Assembly: GCA_030390025.1 (NCBI GenBank)
Contig: CM059425.1
Span: 30,320,001-30,384,000, forward strand
Direction: 5' to 3'
Source of the DNA: Squalus acanthias
Taxonomy: Eukaryota
DNA length: 64,000 nucleotides
Numbering within the stretch: position 1 is the stretch's first letter; each line of letters starts with the position of its first letter. Of this stretch, positions 49,655-62,082 are shown piece after piece. The position numbers and the translations under genes are program-made. The notes below the pieces were generated by a model, which worked only from the letters and a program-made list of their open reading frames with translations, did no database searches and was not told where the DNA came from.

Positions 49655-51079
49655 GTTCCCAAAAATTTATCGACCTCTGTCTTGAATATACTCAACGACT
49701 GAGCATCCACAGCTCACTGGGGTAGAGAATTCCAAAGATTCACAACCCTTTGAGTGAAGAAATTTCTCCTAATCTCAGTCCTAAATGGCCGACCCCTTAT
49801 TCTGTGACTGTGACCCCGTGTTCTAGATTCCCCAGCCAGGGGAAACATTTTCCCAGCATTAACCCTGTCAAGCCCCTTAAGAATTTTACATGTTTCAATT
49901 AGATCACCTCTTATTCTTCTAAACTCTAGGGAATATAGGCCTAGTCTACTCAATCTCTCCTCATAGGACAATCCCCTCAGCCTAGGAACCAGTCTAGTTA
50001 ACCTTCGTTGCACTCCCCCTAAGGCAAGTATGTCTTCCCTTAGGTAAGGAGACCAGAACTGGACACAGTACTCCAGGTGCGGCCTCACCAATGCCCTGTA
50101 TAATTGTAATAAGACTTCTTTACTCTTATACTCTAATCCCTTTGTAACAAAAGCTAACATACCATTTGAAGCTGTACATTTGAAGCCGTCAAGGAATCAG
50201 CTGGAGCAATGGCCACTGAACTCTGGCCTCAGGTTGACAGACGTGGTACCTGAACAGCATAGTTCCCATGGCCATGAAGTTAAAGTTAAAAAGTAAGTTA
50301 AAAAAGCCTGTTAAGTAGATTATAATGAGATTAATTAGGTTGCCTGTCGGTGCCTGTCAGGTCTGCTCAGCGGTGACAGACGCGCCATTGGGAAAGGCGC
50401 ATTGCGGCAGGATGACACTTTCCCACCCGACCCACCACCGATCCCGTTCACTGACACCCCGGAAAATTCCGGCTATGTAATTTGTCAGGATAGATCAGCA
50501 GGGCTCTCTCTCTCTCTCTCTCTGCATCTAACAATGTAACTACCCTTAGAAATTCACTCAGAGCTAGATTGATAACACAAGAATAGAGTTTATTTATTTC
50601 CTTAAAAGCTATCAGATGTTTTTACTTGGGAATCTACCAAGCAGTTTGAAGGATATAACTGAGCTAACATCTCAGTGAAGTGCACATGTAGTGCTATTAT
50701 TTATTTAAAGGCTCACTGCCAGAAGCATTCAAGAATATAAGGGAAGACCTTAAGCAGACTGTTTGAAAACATTTTTTATTAACACCTCAGTTAAGGTCAA
50801 ACAAAATATCTTCAAAGATATATTGAATAGCTGTCAGCATAAATATATACCTAGGTTCAGCAAACATAGGCTGGCTAAACAAGGATATAAATGGATAACA
50901 AAGACTGTCTGAAGTGAAATAAGAAGAATGGACCCTACAAAATCTGAACTAGGAACCTTCAGAAACATATTAAAAGAGTGACCAGAGGAAACTGGAAATG
51001 TGTACAGTTACTAAGACAAAACACAGGAAAAAAATTCTTCTAGTCCTATAATAGCAAGAGAACAGTTAGGGAAGAGGTG

Positions 51080-52925
51080 AACATAAGAAATATGAACAGG
51101 ATCAGGCCATACGGCCCACGAGCCTGCTCCGCCATTCAATAAGATCATAGAAACATAGAAACATAGAAACTAGGAGCAGGAGTAGGCCATTCGGCCCGTC
51201 GAGCCTGCTCCACCATTCAATACGATCATGGCTGATCATCCAAATCCAGTACCCTGTCCCTGCTTTCTCACACAGAATCCCCATCGAGCCTGCACCGACA
51301 CATATCCCACCCTATCCCCGTAACCCCACGTATTTAATTCCCCCTAACATATCCCATCCTATCCCCGTAACCCCACATATTTAATCACCCCCTAACACTA
51401 AGGGTCAATTTATCATAGCCAAATCAACCTAACCCGCACATTTTTGGACTGTGGGAGGAAACCGGAGCACCTGGAGGAAACCCACGCAGACACGGGGAGA
51501 ATGTGCAAACTCCACACAGACAGTCACCCGAGGCCAGATTCGAACCCGGGTCCCTGGCGCTGTGAGGCACCAGTGCTAACCACTATGCCACCGTGTTGCC
51601 CGATCTTCGACCTCAACTCCACTTTCCTGCCCGATCCCCATATCCTTTGATTCCCCTAGAGTCCAAAAATCTATCCATCTCAGCCTTGAATATACTCAAC
51701 GACTGAGCCTCCACAGCCCTCTGAGGTAGAGAATTCCAAAGATTCACAACCCTCTGAGTGAAGAAATTCCTCCTCATCTCAGTCTTAAATGGCCGACTCC
51801 TTATCCTGAGACTATGCCCCCTAGTTCTAGACTCTCCTGCCAGGGGAAACAACCTCTCAGCATCTACCCTGTCATGCCTCCTCAGAATCTTATATGTTTC
51901 AATGAGATCACCTCTCATTCTCCTTATCTCCAGACAGTATAGGCCCAATCTACTCAATCTCTCCTCATAGGACAACCCTCTCATCCCAGGAATCAATCTA
52001 GTGAACCTTCGTTGCACCGCCTCTGAGGCAAGTATATGATTCCGCAGATAAGAAGATCAAAATTGTGCACAGTACTCCAGGTGTGGTCTCGTCAAAGCCC
52101 TGTACAATTGTAGCAAGACTTCCTTACTCTTGTACTCCAACCCCCTTGCAATAAAGGCCAACATGCCATTGCCTTCCTAATTGCTTGCTGTGACTGCATG
52201 CTAGCTTTCTGTTTTTCTTGTACGTGGACACCAAATCTCTCTGAACACCCACATTTAAAAGTTTCTCACCATTTAAAAATTATTCTGTTTTTCTATTTTT
52301 CCTGCCAAAGTGAATAACCTCACATTTCCTCACATTATACTCCATCTGCCAAATTATTGCCCACTCACTTAGTCTATCTATATCCCTTTGCAGGCTGTGT
52401 CCTCCTCACAGCTTACTGTCCCACCTAACTTTGTATCATCAGCAAACTTGGATACATTACACTCGGTCCCTTCATCTAAGTCATTAATATAGATTGTAAA
52501 TAGCTGAGGTCCCAGCACTGATCCTTGCAGCACCCCACTAGTTACAGCCTGCCAACCTGAAAATGGCCAGTTTATCTCTACTCTCTGTTTTCTGTGTTAA
52601 CCAATCCTCTATCCATGCAAATATTTTACCCCAACCCCCATGAGCTGTTATCTTGCATAACAACCTTTTATGTGGCACCTTTCGAATGCCTTTTGGAAAT
52701 CCAAATATACTACATCCACTGGTTCCCCTTTATCTACCCTGCTAGTTACACTCTCAAAAAAATCTTATAAATTTATCAAACACGATTTCCCTTTCATAAA
52801 ACTATGTGGACTCTGTCTAACCACATTATGATTTTCTAAGTGCCCTGTTAATGGATTCCAGTATTTTCTTGACGACTGATATCAGGCTACCTGGCCTGTA
52901 GTTCCCCATTTTCTCTCTCCCTCCT
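51080..52925 (-). mobile_element. 5'-truncated CR1 LINE with a SINE inserted in its 3'UTR
   Basis: ORF 51613-52017 plus decayed RT out to NYRP at ~52900. The 3'UTR is split at aataagatcat | cgatcttcgacc. Confidence 0.92.
51146..51600 (-). mobile_element. HE1-type tRNA-derived V-SINE with a CR1-derived tail
   Basis: On the minus strand: A box TGGCATAGTGG, B box GGTTCGAATCT and V-domain TGTGTGGAGTTTGCACATTCTCCCCGTGTCTGCGTGGGTTTCCTCC...CTCCCACAGTCCAAA. The tail matches the CR1 at 35608-35712 and ends (TTTCTATG)3. Confidence 0.9.
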
Positions 52926-53464
52926 GAGAAGATTAAAGGATTCGTACCAGAGGCTAAAACTGAGAATGAACAAAGAATAGTTCAAATAGTTAATCCTTTT
53001 CAGGATGCATTCATGCTCCATTGATGGAGCTCAGAGCAAAGCATTCCTGAGTTTTGCTTCAGGTTTGGTTGCCCCATTCACACTGGCATCTCCAAAACCC
53101 AACCTTTGCTCACGGGGATTCCTTTGGTGCTGGCATCATACATACACTAAACATTTCTGCTCTTTATTGGTTCAAAATTATTTTTATTTTATCCTCAGGA
53201 GGGATGACTTATTGGGGATTCTTTTTTGGCAATTTATTATTTTTCTCCTCTTTTTGGCTCTGCTAAAATTCAGCCTTTTGGATCTGAACTACAGCAGACT
53301 GGATTTGCACTGCTCTCTGAATTCGGTTTTGAAACCAGGGAATGCTGGGAATAGAAAGTCAGCTCTGGGGATCGATTCAGCCTGGCAGCCATCCTGTTTA
53401 CCCACCATCGTTGATGTTGCTGTGAAGCTGGAACTCCCTGGCAGTGATGTGTGAATGCACCCTC

Positions 53465-53860
53465 ACAAATGGATTCCTAGCACCAGAGGACTAAGTTATG
53501 AACGAAAATAAGAGAAATTGGGCCTCTTTAGCTCTGACAGAAGGCAACAGAGAGGGGACCTTATAGATATACAATGGTGTAGAAAAGGTGATTCTGGAGC
53601 ATTACATCCAAGTATGTCATAGCAATAGTATAAGGAGGCATAGGTTCAATCTGGTGAAAGGCAAATTTAGGACTGATGTTGGGGAAAATGTCTTCACACA
53701 TAGGATAATGGAGAAGTCATTCAAGAGCCACATGGGGGAGAACTAATAGAGTTGCGTCATTCAAGAGTCAGTTGGGAGAGAACTATAGGTTTTACCCTTC
53801 TTGTGTCACATACTAAAATGAGCTAAATGGCATTCCCTCTCATCTATATTGATCTTGTGT
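53465..53860 (+). mobile_element. Old degenerate CR1 3' fragment
   Basis: Remnants such as GLSYE, GLFSSDRR.QRGDLI and KGKFRTDVG. Confidence 0.55.
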
Positions 53861-54932
53861 GAATACAGCTTTTCTTTAAACTGCCTGCCTACTGTAATGA
53901 AGAAGGGAGGTGTTTGTGCACTTGTTGGATTTCAGACTTTCCATTGTAACTATTTTATGGTTTAAGATTGCTGACCAAAGGAAGCCTGGGAGTAACTATT
54001 CTGTGTAGATCTGTTCCTGAGATGACATGGAATTCTGCTGCAGTGGCATTGTGGATTAATGAATGTTGTTCACAGACCAGCTTCTCCAATCACAATGCCA
54101 CATGAGTGAATCTTAAATTTCTTTCCCGGCAGCCCAAACAACCCTGCAGGCCAAAGTCCTAATGGGTAGGGTGCTCCTGGTTGGACAAGCAGGAGCAGTG
54201 TCCTGCTCTGGTAAGGTGGATGATGACAATTGGTTAACCTCCAGCAGTATCCCTGTACACACTTTAGAACCCTGTAATTCCTAGCTGTGTCCACTTATAT
54301 CTAAACTCTCTGGATTTACATAAGTGAGATGTGGCAGAGTAATGTTTATACAGAGGAGCATAAATATTAAATATTCAGTGCCTCGGGGACACCATCTATT
54401 ATCACCTTTTTGGTTCCATGTGAAGCTGTAAACATTGTTTTGCTCTGCCCGCATGCCTTTGGTTATTACAGTTTTGTTTGCTATTATTTGCTACTTATGC
54501 ATAATATTTCCATTCATCTGAAAAACTGCCTCAACATTTTCTGCAGTATTGCAGTTGCAGTTTGATCAAAATGACAGTGTTTTAGTGGTTTTCATTGCTT
54601 GATAAATGTAGTACATCTTGTACAAGCAAGCATGGAACAAGAAAGGTGCAAATTAAGCCTGCTGCTTCCATGGATCATTAACAATCGACTTGATCAACCT
54701 CTACAAAAATGTGATACTTAGCATTTTATTTTAAATTAGGGAGAGGTTTAATTATTAGGAAAGCACCCTCTGCTATAAAATTACTAAAGTGTTTGGCAAA
54801 CTGCTTCTTTATTCAGGAATGAGCCAGAGTAGCTGTTTGTCAAAAAGACATAATTTGTAAGTGATGTAACGACTGACACTTGGCAGCTTTTGTGCTATTG
54901 GATTGAAAGTTTGGCAAGAGCATCTCCTACCA

Positions 54933-55460
54933 GGGCCGATTTTAATTCCCTCTGCCCGGCATAAATGGGGCAGTAGCATCCCAAAAATGGCAAAGAGTTA
55001 CTTACCGCCCTCTTTACACTACCGCACAAGCCACTGCCATCTTGGGTAAGGTGCTAAGATGGATGGCAAAGGTGCCGAGCTGTTTCAGCCGGGAGCTTAC
55101 AAAGTACAAATAAGCAAAGATTGAGCCTTGCAAGCTCTGCCCATTTGTACCAGGCAGTGAGCGACCTAACCAGTGAAAAACCGCCGCTCGCTGCTTGCAA
55201 AACGGCCCAGGAAGCTTTAATTTTTAAAAAGGGAATTGCCTCCCGCTGCCAGGCTCCGACTGTCAGCTGATCAGCCAACTTCCCCCTCTCTCAGAACCGG
55301 CGAGCTGCAGCGGGCACCCGCTTGGCACCCACAGCTCACCAGCGGAATGTAAATGAGGCCCGGGCCTCAAAATGGCTCAGGCCTCACACCGGCAAGAATG
55401 GGTGGCAGATGCCTTCTGCCCACTGCCTGCCCATTCTTTGCTGGTATTTACAATCGGCCC
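54933..55460. mobile_element. Harbinger-type MITE
   Basis: TIRs GGGCCGATTTTAA and TTACAATCGGCCC, in a palindromic ACCA...TGGT context. Confidence 0.65.
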
Positions 55461-56344
55461 TGGTGTCTCTTTTACACAACCATGCAAAAATTGATTTTAA
55501 AGTCTGTCTTTTCCATCAAAACATTACCTACTGAGTTAGTTTATCCCTGAAGGCAAAGGGTTAAATGCAGCAACAGATCACCATAAGTGACACTGGAATC
55601 ATGGCCCAGTGCCCCTGTAATTTACAAATGTGAGTTAAAAGTGGCTGGATGCAAAGTTCAGAAGGCCGTAAATACTTAGGCCCAGAAGACCCATGGGGGC
55701 CAACGATCCTGGCAATTATACCACAATCGCGATCGCAGGTAACTTCCACTGCTGATCCTGCCACAGTATGCAGCTCAGGGGATGCTCACCCGATTTACTT
55801 GTCCCGTGAAGGCGGCTGCACCACCAGGAATGGATGTCGGGTGCCTGCCTTGAGCACAAGGCTGCAAATCGCAATGTAGGTGCCCAGGCCAGGGAGCAAG
55901 AGTTGTTGGGGCCTCGCCTCAGGAAACTTGTTGTTTCCACGACAAAGGAGCTCGCTAAACATTTTTTTTAAAATTACATACCTGCCTCCTCTTTCGGAGT
56001 CGCGGTCTTGACCCCAGCCTGGACCCTCAGGTGGATCCCACATCTGTCATGCAAGCGGCCAATATCAGTACCAGTACCACCGCCAAGAAATGCTGGGTCC
56101 CTTTGAGGGCAATGAGAACTTCCACAATTGGGGGTCTTTGCTCCCTCTGATGCTGCTGGCTTTGTAAGGGGCAAGGCCCATGGGAGCACCGACATTATGC
56201 CTGGCATATCTGAGTCCTGGCCCAGATTCTGGTGTATTCTCGCCGGAGCTACTGCAACAATGTACTGAAAGGGCAGAGGATCTTCAGCCCTATAATCTTA
56301 ACAAGCAATTCAGAGAGCTTACTCAACGTTCATCATTACTTTGA

Positions 56345-56450
56345 AAGAAGAAAGAAAGACTTGCATTTATATAGCGCCTTTCATCACCACCGGACATCCC
56401 AAAGCGCTTTACAGCCAATGAAGTAATTTTTTTTGAAGTGTAGTCACTGT
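56345..56450 (-). mobile_element. 5'-truncated Deu-SINE tail
   Basis: Matches 2206-2305. Confidence 0.8.
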
Positions 56451-57502
56451 CTTTTGTTTTATGAATTAAACTTTTCCTAAAGTCTATTAGGAATACCGCC
56501 ATGTGACATCTGTTGCTGGTTGCCTATTGGAATTGGGTACCAATTAGTCTTTCAGTTCAGGGGCCAATTATCTTTGCAGTATTATGAAGCAACCACAATT
56601 AGCCCTACTAACACTTTTGGCCTAAGGCGGCAGAAGTTCTTAATTTCCCACTGGTAAAATGATGCACAAAGAACATTGATTTTTGTGGAGAAAGTGTACT
56701 TTTTCTACTTATCAATATGCATCAGCTCAGAGATCATGTTGTTGTGCCAGTACTGTCATTAGCAGCGCTATTAAGCACAACAAACTGCCATTATTGTCAA
56801 ATAAATTCAATGATTAATGATCAGCAAACCAATGCTGAACTGAAAATATTACGATCGTAGTCTTTCAGATTACAAATAATGCGGAGCAAGTCTATTCATT
56901 TCAAAGAGTGCAGGAGGATAGTAGATGGCTGACAGTGAGATACAAGACAAACGAGCAACTTTAAATATTTCATAAATGGCAGTAGCAAAGCTCAAGCTGT
57001 TCATAAAAGACTGCACAACCTGAAGACTGAAATAAAGCCTTAAATCACTGACAGACGCTTGTTCATACATTACTAATAGATCTCCCATACAGTTACACAG
57101 AGGAAGTAAAGAGGACGGTGCCTCTGTTACCTCGCTCTGTCATCTTTGAGTTGCTCTTTTGCTCCTCTTTGGCTTTCCCTTCTGCTTCTCTCGCTCTCTT
57201 TTTCTCTTTCCTGTTGGATGGGAGGTGGTGGGTGGCATTGCACAGTGAGGAAGGAGTGTCAATGGCCACAGACCATATCGGCTACTGCCCCTCCCCATTT
57301 TTGCCTCATTCCCATGCCGCCGCGCAATCCCACTCTTTCTCTCCTAATTTTCTCTCATGTGACTTCCCCCGCACCCCTGTCCCGTCCCATCCTCCTCCCC
57401 CAGGCTTTACCATTTCCTCTGTCCCCCAACTTCTCGTTGCTTCCTGTTCCTCCTCTTCCAATATCCTTCATCAGTTTGACAATTTGAATTCAGTTTTTAA
57501 AA

Positions 57503-57731
57503 TAATCTGGAAATAAAAACTGCTATCAGTAAAAGTGACCATTGTTTCACGAATGTCCTTACCCAATCTGGCCTATATGTGACTCTAGTCCCACACCAGT
57601 GTGGCTGACTCTTAACTGCCCTCTGAAGTGGCCTAGCAGGCCACTCAGTTGTATGAAACTACTAACAACAGATCAAGAAGGCCCACCACCACCTTCTCAG
57701 GGCAACTAGGGATGGGCAATAAATGCTGGCC
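57503..57731 (+). mobile_element. Truncated SINE-like repeat carrying the 3' tail of the Zenon/Crack-like LINE
   Basis: 57681-57731 (caccaccaccttctcagggcaactagggatgggcaataaatgctggc) matches the LINE 3' end at 35-85 and 47208-47258, but the upstream body is unrelated to the LINE. Confidence 0.6.
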
Positions 57732-58430
57732 TAACAATGGGGATTCAGGGGGATTGAAGCTCGGCAAGGGGGTGTGAGGGAGACTGGAGATGGGGCAGGC
57801 ATGGGCAATAGCATATTCTGCAGAACAATGTTGTGAGTGGGAGTGGTGCTGTGAGAGAAGGGTTGATTGAAACTTTGGGGCTTTAATGTGGGTAAACAGT
57901 GAGCGATTGTTTCCACCGGTGGGCAAAACCGAGCATTTTCAATGGAAGAACCAAGGGGGAAGGGAGATGGAAGGCTTTTGAAGTGAGGGCTATTAGATGC
58001 TTCACCATAGGTGCTGACTAGATCATTTAAAAGGAAATGGGATACATTTTTGAAAATGAGGAATATAAAAGGATCTTGTGGGAATGGGGTTACGGGAGAG
58101 AGCTCCAGCACCGGCAAAGTCACCGGGGGCCGAGTGGCCTCCGCCCGTGCTGTAATTTCTATCATTCTATGAAAACTTTCCTTTATTGAGTCCGAGCCTA
58201 GGGAATGGTTTAGAAGTGTTGGCAATGAGATGAGTTTTGGACAATGTGCTTGTACACGGCCCATTGTGCGATCTGCCGGTTTGGTTCAGGCCACTCTGTA
58301 CCAGACGGTTTTTGATGTGTGAAGTCCAAGTACAGATTGGGTCTGATTCAGACATCCAGTTCAGAGATGTCACCTTCACATAGAACCAAATTCCAAGGAG
58401 ATAGGGAGGGAGATGGAATAATGTTTCCAT

Positions 58431-58559
58431 ATGACACGTGATCTGAAATCACATGATCAGATGTCACATGGCCAAATGTCACGTGATCAGATGTCGTGTG
58501 ATTAGAATGTCACGTGATCAAACCTCCAGAAATATCTCCAACCATAGTTGGCAACCCTA
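58431..58559. repeat. Six-unit 15-bp tandem array of E-box-like motifs next to a hAT-type TIR
   Basis: Unit ATGTCACRTGATCAG, with cores at 58435, 58450, 58465, 58480, 58495 and 58511. GTTGGCAACCCTA at 58547-58559 is the reverse complement of TAGGGTTGCCAAC. Confidence 0.75.
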
Positions 58560-59299
58560 CCTCTGCTACTGGTCTTAGGCCTTCTACGGCAGTGGGCTGG
58601 GAGATGAGGCACCAGGGACTGGGAGTACCATATCAAGTGATTTTTTTTCCCAGCCAAGTAATAGGATAAGTATACTTGTTGCCACAAAATTATCTAAGGT
58701 GGTAGGAGTGAAGAGTATATCTAATGGTGTGTATTGATAGTTTAGCTTACCAGGCTTGACAGAGACATGAGAAAGCATTGCAAAGCTGTGACATAGACAT
58801 GACAAAATCTTGGGACAAGATCCAAGTGTGACAACACGAAGTGCGCACAATCCCAAAACTTTTACCATTGATAAATATTTTATAGTTTTTTTTAAAAGAA
58901 AGGGTCAAGATAAATCTGTGCTAGAGATTGTCCATATAGTAACTTCTCATTCTTAGCTGTGCCTTTGAAGAGAACTATTGAGCCGAGGTCAAGCAGTTCC
59001 CTATAGGGAAGGAAGGAACAATCAGAATGTACGCATTATCCTGAGCTATTCTCATGCTTCTTTCAGCCTCCTTCTGTGCTGTATCATTCTATGATTCTAT
59101 GAGTGAAGCTTTGTGCTGCTTCTTTTGTGCCAAGTTAGTTTTCTAGCTCTTAACATAAGAGTTTTAGCAGAGATATTTTTAGTTACATGACCTTTACTTT
59201 ATAACATGGGAATTTCAGTGGTAATGGAGGAAGGAGGGATGCGAGGCAAATGAGATTAGAACAGAGGGGAGATGCTCGCACCCACCATTATCCATAAAT

Positions 59300-59680
59300 T
59301 TGCATCGACAGGTAGAGGCACACCTACCTTGGTATGTCTGAGGAAAACTGCCTTTGCAGGCCTAGCCTTACTTGCGAGGCAATGACAGACTTGTGTTGTG
59401 TCCTGGAATCTGGCCTCCAGACAACTTCCACCACTGGGATGGTGCTGCCAATGAATACCAACGTCACCATAGCCCTAAACCTTTATATGTGTGGCTCATT
59501 GCACAGGGAACATCAGCAACATTAATCAATCTACAGTTCATAGACGTATCAAGTAGGCGATTGATGTGTGGTCTGTCAGGACAAAGGATTTCATCACTTT
59601 CCCCATGAACAACCAGCATTAGGATGAGATGGCACTGCAGCTACTTGGACGCCAAGATTCCCCAAAGTCCATGACGTACC
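59300..59680 (+). pseudogene. Old decayed Harbinger transposase N-terminal fragment
   Basis: MSEENCLCRPSLTCEAMTDLCCVLESGL...VTIALNLYMCGSL aligns with LSEEQCFRRLRFSKEVVTELCHLLQPEL...VTVALNFYASGSF at 40120-40290. Confidence 0.7.
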
Positions 59681-59909
59681 TACTTGGTTCTCACTAGTCA
59701 CTTTCTAACACCTCTGTTTACAATATAAAACTTCTCATGACGGACGAGACCAGAAAATGAGAACTGGAATAACCACTGACAGTTTATAGCATAAAAGGCA
59801 AGTCAATCCATTGTGTTTGTGCCGGCTTTGTGCTAGAGCAAGCCAAAACTAATCCTATTGCCCCCACGCTCTCCCTGATTCCCTCAGTCCAAATCTTGGG
59901 CACAGTTCG

Positions 59910-60357
59910 AAAAGAAAGACTTGCATTTATATAGCACCTTTCATGACCACTAGACGTGAAGTACTTTTCTTAAGTGTAGTCACTGTTGTAATGTAGAAAA
60001 CATGACAGCAAATTTGCGCACAGCAAGCTCCCACAAACAACAATGTGATAATGACCAGATCATCTGTTTTAGTTATGTTGATTGAGGGATAAATATTGGT
60101 CAGGATACCAGGGATAATGCCCCTGCTCTTGTTCGAAATACTGCCATGGGATCTTTTACGTCCACCTGAGAGAGCAGATGGGGCCTCAGTTTAACATCTC
60201 ATCCGAAAGACGGCACCTCTGACAGTGTAGCACTCCCTCAGCACTGCACTGGAGTGTCAGCTTAGATTTTAGTGCTCAAGTCTCTGGAGTGGGGCTTGAA
60301 CCCACAAACTTCTAGCTCAGAGGCAAGGGTGCTACCCACTGAGCTGCAGCTGATACT
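59910..60357 (-). mobile_element. Near full-length Deu-SINE
   Basis: Collinear with 2206-2677. Confidence 0.9.
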
Positions 60358-61171
60358 GTTCAAGTAGACTGGACTGAACTTGATTGTACCAGCAAATAGA
60401 AGGCGTGGGCCCTAAGGAGGCCGAAGAGTTCCAGGACGGTCGGAGTTGGTACCATCCTTTTCTTATTGCTCTGCCTCATTCACTCACATGTATACATTGA
60501 AACGAAACACCTTGAGGAAATTTTGACCGTCACAATTTACACCCAGGTGTAAACTGGTGGAGTGGATTGCCCGTCTGTTATAGAACACATCCGATTTTCA
60601 TTTCCATTGATTTCAATAATGGGGCGGAGGGGGGGAAGGGTCGATTCGCCCCCGAGTGTTGAAGGTGAAAATTATCTCGCTGAAGTGAGGTTCAGTAAAG
60701 CGTGAGTCCAACAGTACTTTATGAATGAAGGACTCTTTCACTTCTAACACCTGGAAAGGTAGTTTTTGATTTCCCACCTCAGTCCTGTCTGCAATTAGAA
60801 AAACTGTCACGGTTTCCTGCCACAACACACGATGGGGGAATGATGTCAGCTGTTTGCTATTCATAGCAAAATTGTAAATGTATTCTTTCTGAACACATTT
60901 CCAACTTTGCTATAAATAGTGAGCAGTGGAAATCTTCCCCAAAACCATTAACCAACATATATGGATTTTTTTCTGACCGGCTCAGTCCCCATACGATTGC
61001 TTAATGCACATAATTAATCGCACGGAGTAGTTTTATTTTTAAGAAAAGCATATATTAACTGGTTTCTTACCCACTGCACATAGATAAGAGGTGACAAATA
61101 GCAATACTCTACCTGATCACACTATCTTATCTCCTTTGTATATGACTATACATGAATGAGTCGGGCACATT

Positions 61172-62082
61172 GGGGTAGAAATTGGTATGTGTTGCACCCA
61201 TTTTTCAGGCGTATAACGGGTGCAACAATTTAGCAGTGGGACGGCCTGCGCCCAATCTGCGCCTGGGCGGATGCCTAAAACAGGCGTTCGGCCTGTGGGA
61301 TAGGTTAATTAGGGGCCTAACGCCTGTTGAAGGACCCTTTTTCAAAAAGAATTCCTGATGAGTGGGGTAGGCATTGGGTTTCTTCAGCGGCCCCCAATGA
61401 AACCTAAGTTGCGAATTTTTAAAAATTATTTTTATAACCCTTCCTATGGAGCCAGGAGGAGTTCAGGAATGCTCCCCTGACTCCACAGGTGTCGTGATAC
61501 TACCCCCCACCCCCCCATTGTAGCCCTTTCCAAGCCCCTCCCAGGACTTGCCTGAGGGCTGCTGCCGGTGAGGGGGCTATGTGGCTCTAAATTGTCTTTC
61601 CCCATCGGGCAAGCTGCCTGTGGAGGCATGACCATAAGAACATAAGAAGTAGGAGCAGGAGTAGGCCATTCAGCCCTTCGAGCCATTCAATAAGATCATG
61701 GCTGATCTTCGACCTCATCTGCAGTTTCCTGCCCGATCTCCATATCACTTGATTCCCCTAGAGTCCAAAAATCTATCTATCTCAGCCTAGAATATATTCA
61801 ACGACTCAGCATCCACAGCCCTCTGGGGTAGAGAATTACAAAGATTCACAACCCTCTGAGTGAAGAAATTCCTCCTCATCTCAGTCTTAAAAGGCCGACC
61901 CCTTATCCTGAGACTATGCCCCCTAGTTCTAGACTCTAGGCTGACCAGTGCCAGCAACTCGCACAAAGTATGTAGGTGGAGGCCCGAGGACCAATTTCTA
62001 TCCGTCCTGGGGCATCTTGGTTTGGGCGCACGCAGCGTCAAGTCTGGGTCCAGACTAACGAGCCTAGACTAATTTACACCCC
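61172..62082. mobile_element. Harbinger-type MITE with a nested CR1 fragment
   Basis: TIRs GGGGTAGAAATTGGT and ACTAATTTACACCCC; exact TSD ATT. Confidence 0.75.
61633..61939 (-). mobile_element. CR1 3' fragment
   Basis: SRTRGHSLRIRGRPFKTEMRRNFFTQRVVNL; tail cataagaacataagaa. Confidence 0.9.

Larger units (their letters stand above)
48435..50167 (-). mobile_element. CR1 3' fragment interrupted by a solo LTR
   Basis: Tail acataagaacataagaa at 48435; ORF 49714-50160; the CR1 sequence rejoins across 48575-49654. Confidence 0.92.
46231..50473. mobile_element. Remnant of a second Harbinger lineage: Myb exon on + (46509-46693) and putative transposase N-terminus on - (ATG 48245), broken by LINE, CR1 and LTR insertions
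   Basis: RARSEVLFPSDGRKRPPQEINTAWLHIAEEVTSMDVVRRTWVQWRKHFNDLSRS* is Myb-like. A Q-rich MGAVY... stretch lies on the opposite strand. The ends GGCAGGGATTTT and AAAATTCCGGCT pair imperfectly. Confidence 0.6.

Noticed and set aside
53005..53454. 149-aa hydrophobic ORF
   Set aside because: The hydrophobicity comes from T-rich low-complexity DNA, with no motif or splice support.
58431..58520. CRISPR-like or other prokaryotic repeat array
   Set aside because: The units are contiguous with no unique spacers, the context is eukaryotic and no cas genes are present. The same applies to 48601-48728 and 51301-51395.
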